DNA of 64,000 bases from Balanoglossus misakiensis (lineage: Eukaryota; Animalia; Hemichordata), in the NCBI GenBank assembly GCA_040954595.2, contig CM082591.2, positions 5,177,009 to 5,241,008 of the forward strand, given 5' to 3'. How positions within the stretch are numbered: position 1 is the first letter of the stretch; every line of letters begins with the position of its first letter. Made by a program: the position numbers and the translations under genes. This document shows, one piece after another, positions 62,935 through 64,000 of this stretch. The notes under the pieces were generated by a model. It searched no databases and had not been told where the DNA came from. It saw nothing but the letters and a program-made list of their open reading frames with translations.

Positions 62935-64000
62935 TATGAAAAGACGAAAATGTCTTATATTTCTTCTTAAATCAACAACAGAATGTTTTATTTTCGTAAA
63001 AAAAAAGTTATTGCATAATCGTTATTTTTGTCCATATCTGAATTTTGCGATTACACATTCACCTAAAATTCACATTACGTATTATAACACACCATGCAGT
63101 GAAACCTCGATCGTGATTCGTCAGAACGCCGTCACGTGACCTTAGTCATTTCGAACTGTTCCCTGGGGCATCAGTTCAATCGGTTTCTGCCTGGTACTGT
63201 TGCCCCGTCTTGATATAATTCCGTGTTTGGTGTGTTATAAAACACATGATGACTGACATATTCTGGCAACAGTGTATTTTTGATGACCTTGGGACTGCCA
63301 GTCACACCAAAACAGTCTGTTTTCCTGAGGGCATATACTGTTTTAGTTGTGACTAGCAGCGCCCTCGGTCATCAAAATACACTGTTGCCCTCATTGTCAG
63401 TTATCGTTTGTATACTGTCTTTGAGGGCGTTGTATGTTCCCAGAAACCCCTGGTCTATGTAAAAGAGACATGCTTGAAACTCACTTTTTATTAGATTTTA
63501 GATAGCAGGAATCTGTTTTATTTCCATACAGTAAGAATGCTTTCTTCTGGATAAAAAATACATAACAATGGCTGCTACTTTTTTGTATTATCATGGTTTT
63601 ACTTTCAAACTTAGAATGACTTAATAAATGAGCTTACTATTGGGTTATTACCAACCTGTGATTGTGGCTGTACTTTTCAATATAAAGTAATAAATGGGTG
63701 CCACACGTAGTAATTTCATGTTACTGTTGGCCAGTATGGTTGACTGTAAACTCATACCAATAAAATGCCAAGATGTAAAGGGTCATGAAAGTGGTTTATT
63801 TTGTCAACATGGAACCATTTACTACACATAATCAAAGAAGTAATCTAACTTCCATAATTCCGTCAGATTCCTTCGAACCAGAAAAAACGCTTGTTCATGA
63901 CTCAATTTTGTGTAAATTGACAAATTACTCAGACTAAACTTGAATAAAGTGTAAAGAAAAAAATTACATGACAGTAAAATCAACCGGTTCCATAATAAAA

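Overview
This is eukaryotic (metazoan) genomic DNA with spliceosomal GT-AG introns, microsatellites and many non-autonomous DNA transposons. Gene content and repeat types suggest a marine invertebrate, plausibly a deuterostome such as a hemichordate or amphioxus, but the taxon is inferred, not shown. Three protein-coding genes can be supported. (1) A single-coding-exon, 984-aa type I membrane LRR-Ig receptor (2012-4966, +) with a long Thr-rich tandem-repeat stalk. (2) A 4-exon RERG orthologue (Ras-like GTPase; complement join 16603-16693, 10248-10304, 9072-9145, 8274-8693; 213 aa). (3) A 4-exon Rv2258c-like SAM-dependent methyltransferase (complement join 60809-60996, 59978-60189, 59692-59811, 58768-59339; 363 aa). 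About 42 kb between RERG and the methyltransferase has no convincing CDS. That stretch holds a perfect ERE-type palindrome about 3 kb upstream of the RERG ATG, several MITEs and a 3.1-kb minisatellite of about 40-bp units. Each unit carries a TTGACA-ATAAAA-TGTCAA hairpin, and the array has higher-order structure and one internally inverted unit. Other mobile DNA includes a Helentron/HINE-like element rich in AGGTCA direct repeats, a MULE-like element with a perfect 9-bp TSD, and Kolobok-, Harbinger- and Tc1/pogo-like MITEs. I found no rRNA, tRNA or CRISPR array, and no novel system can be established from the sequence alone.
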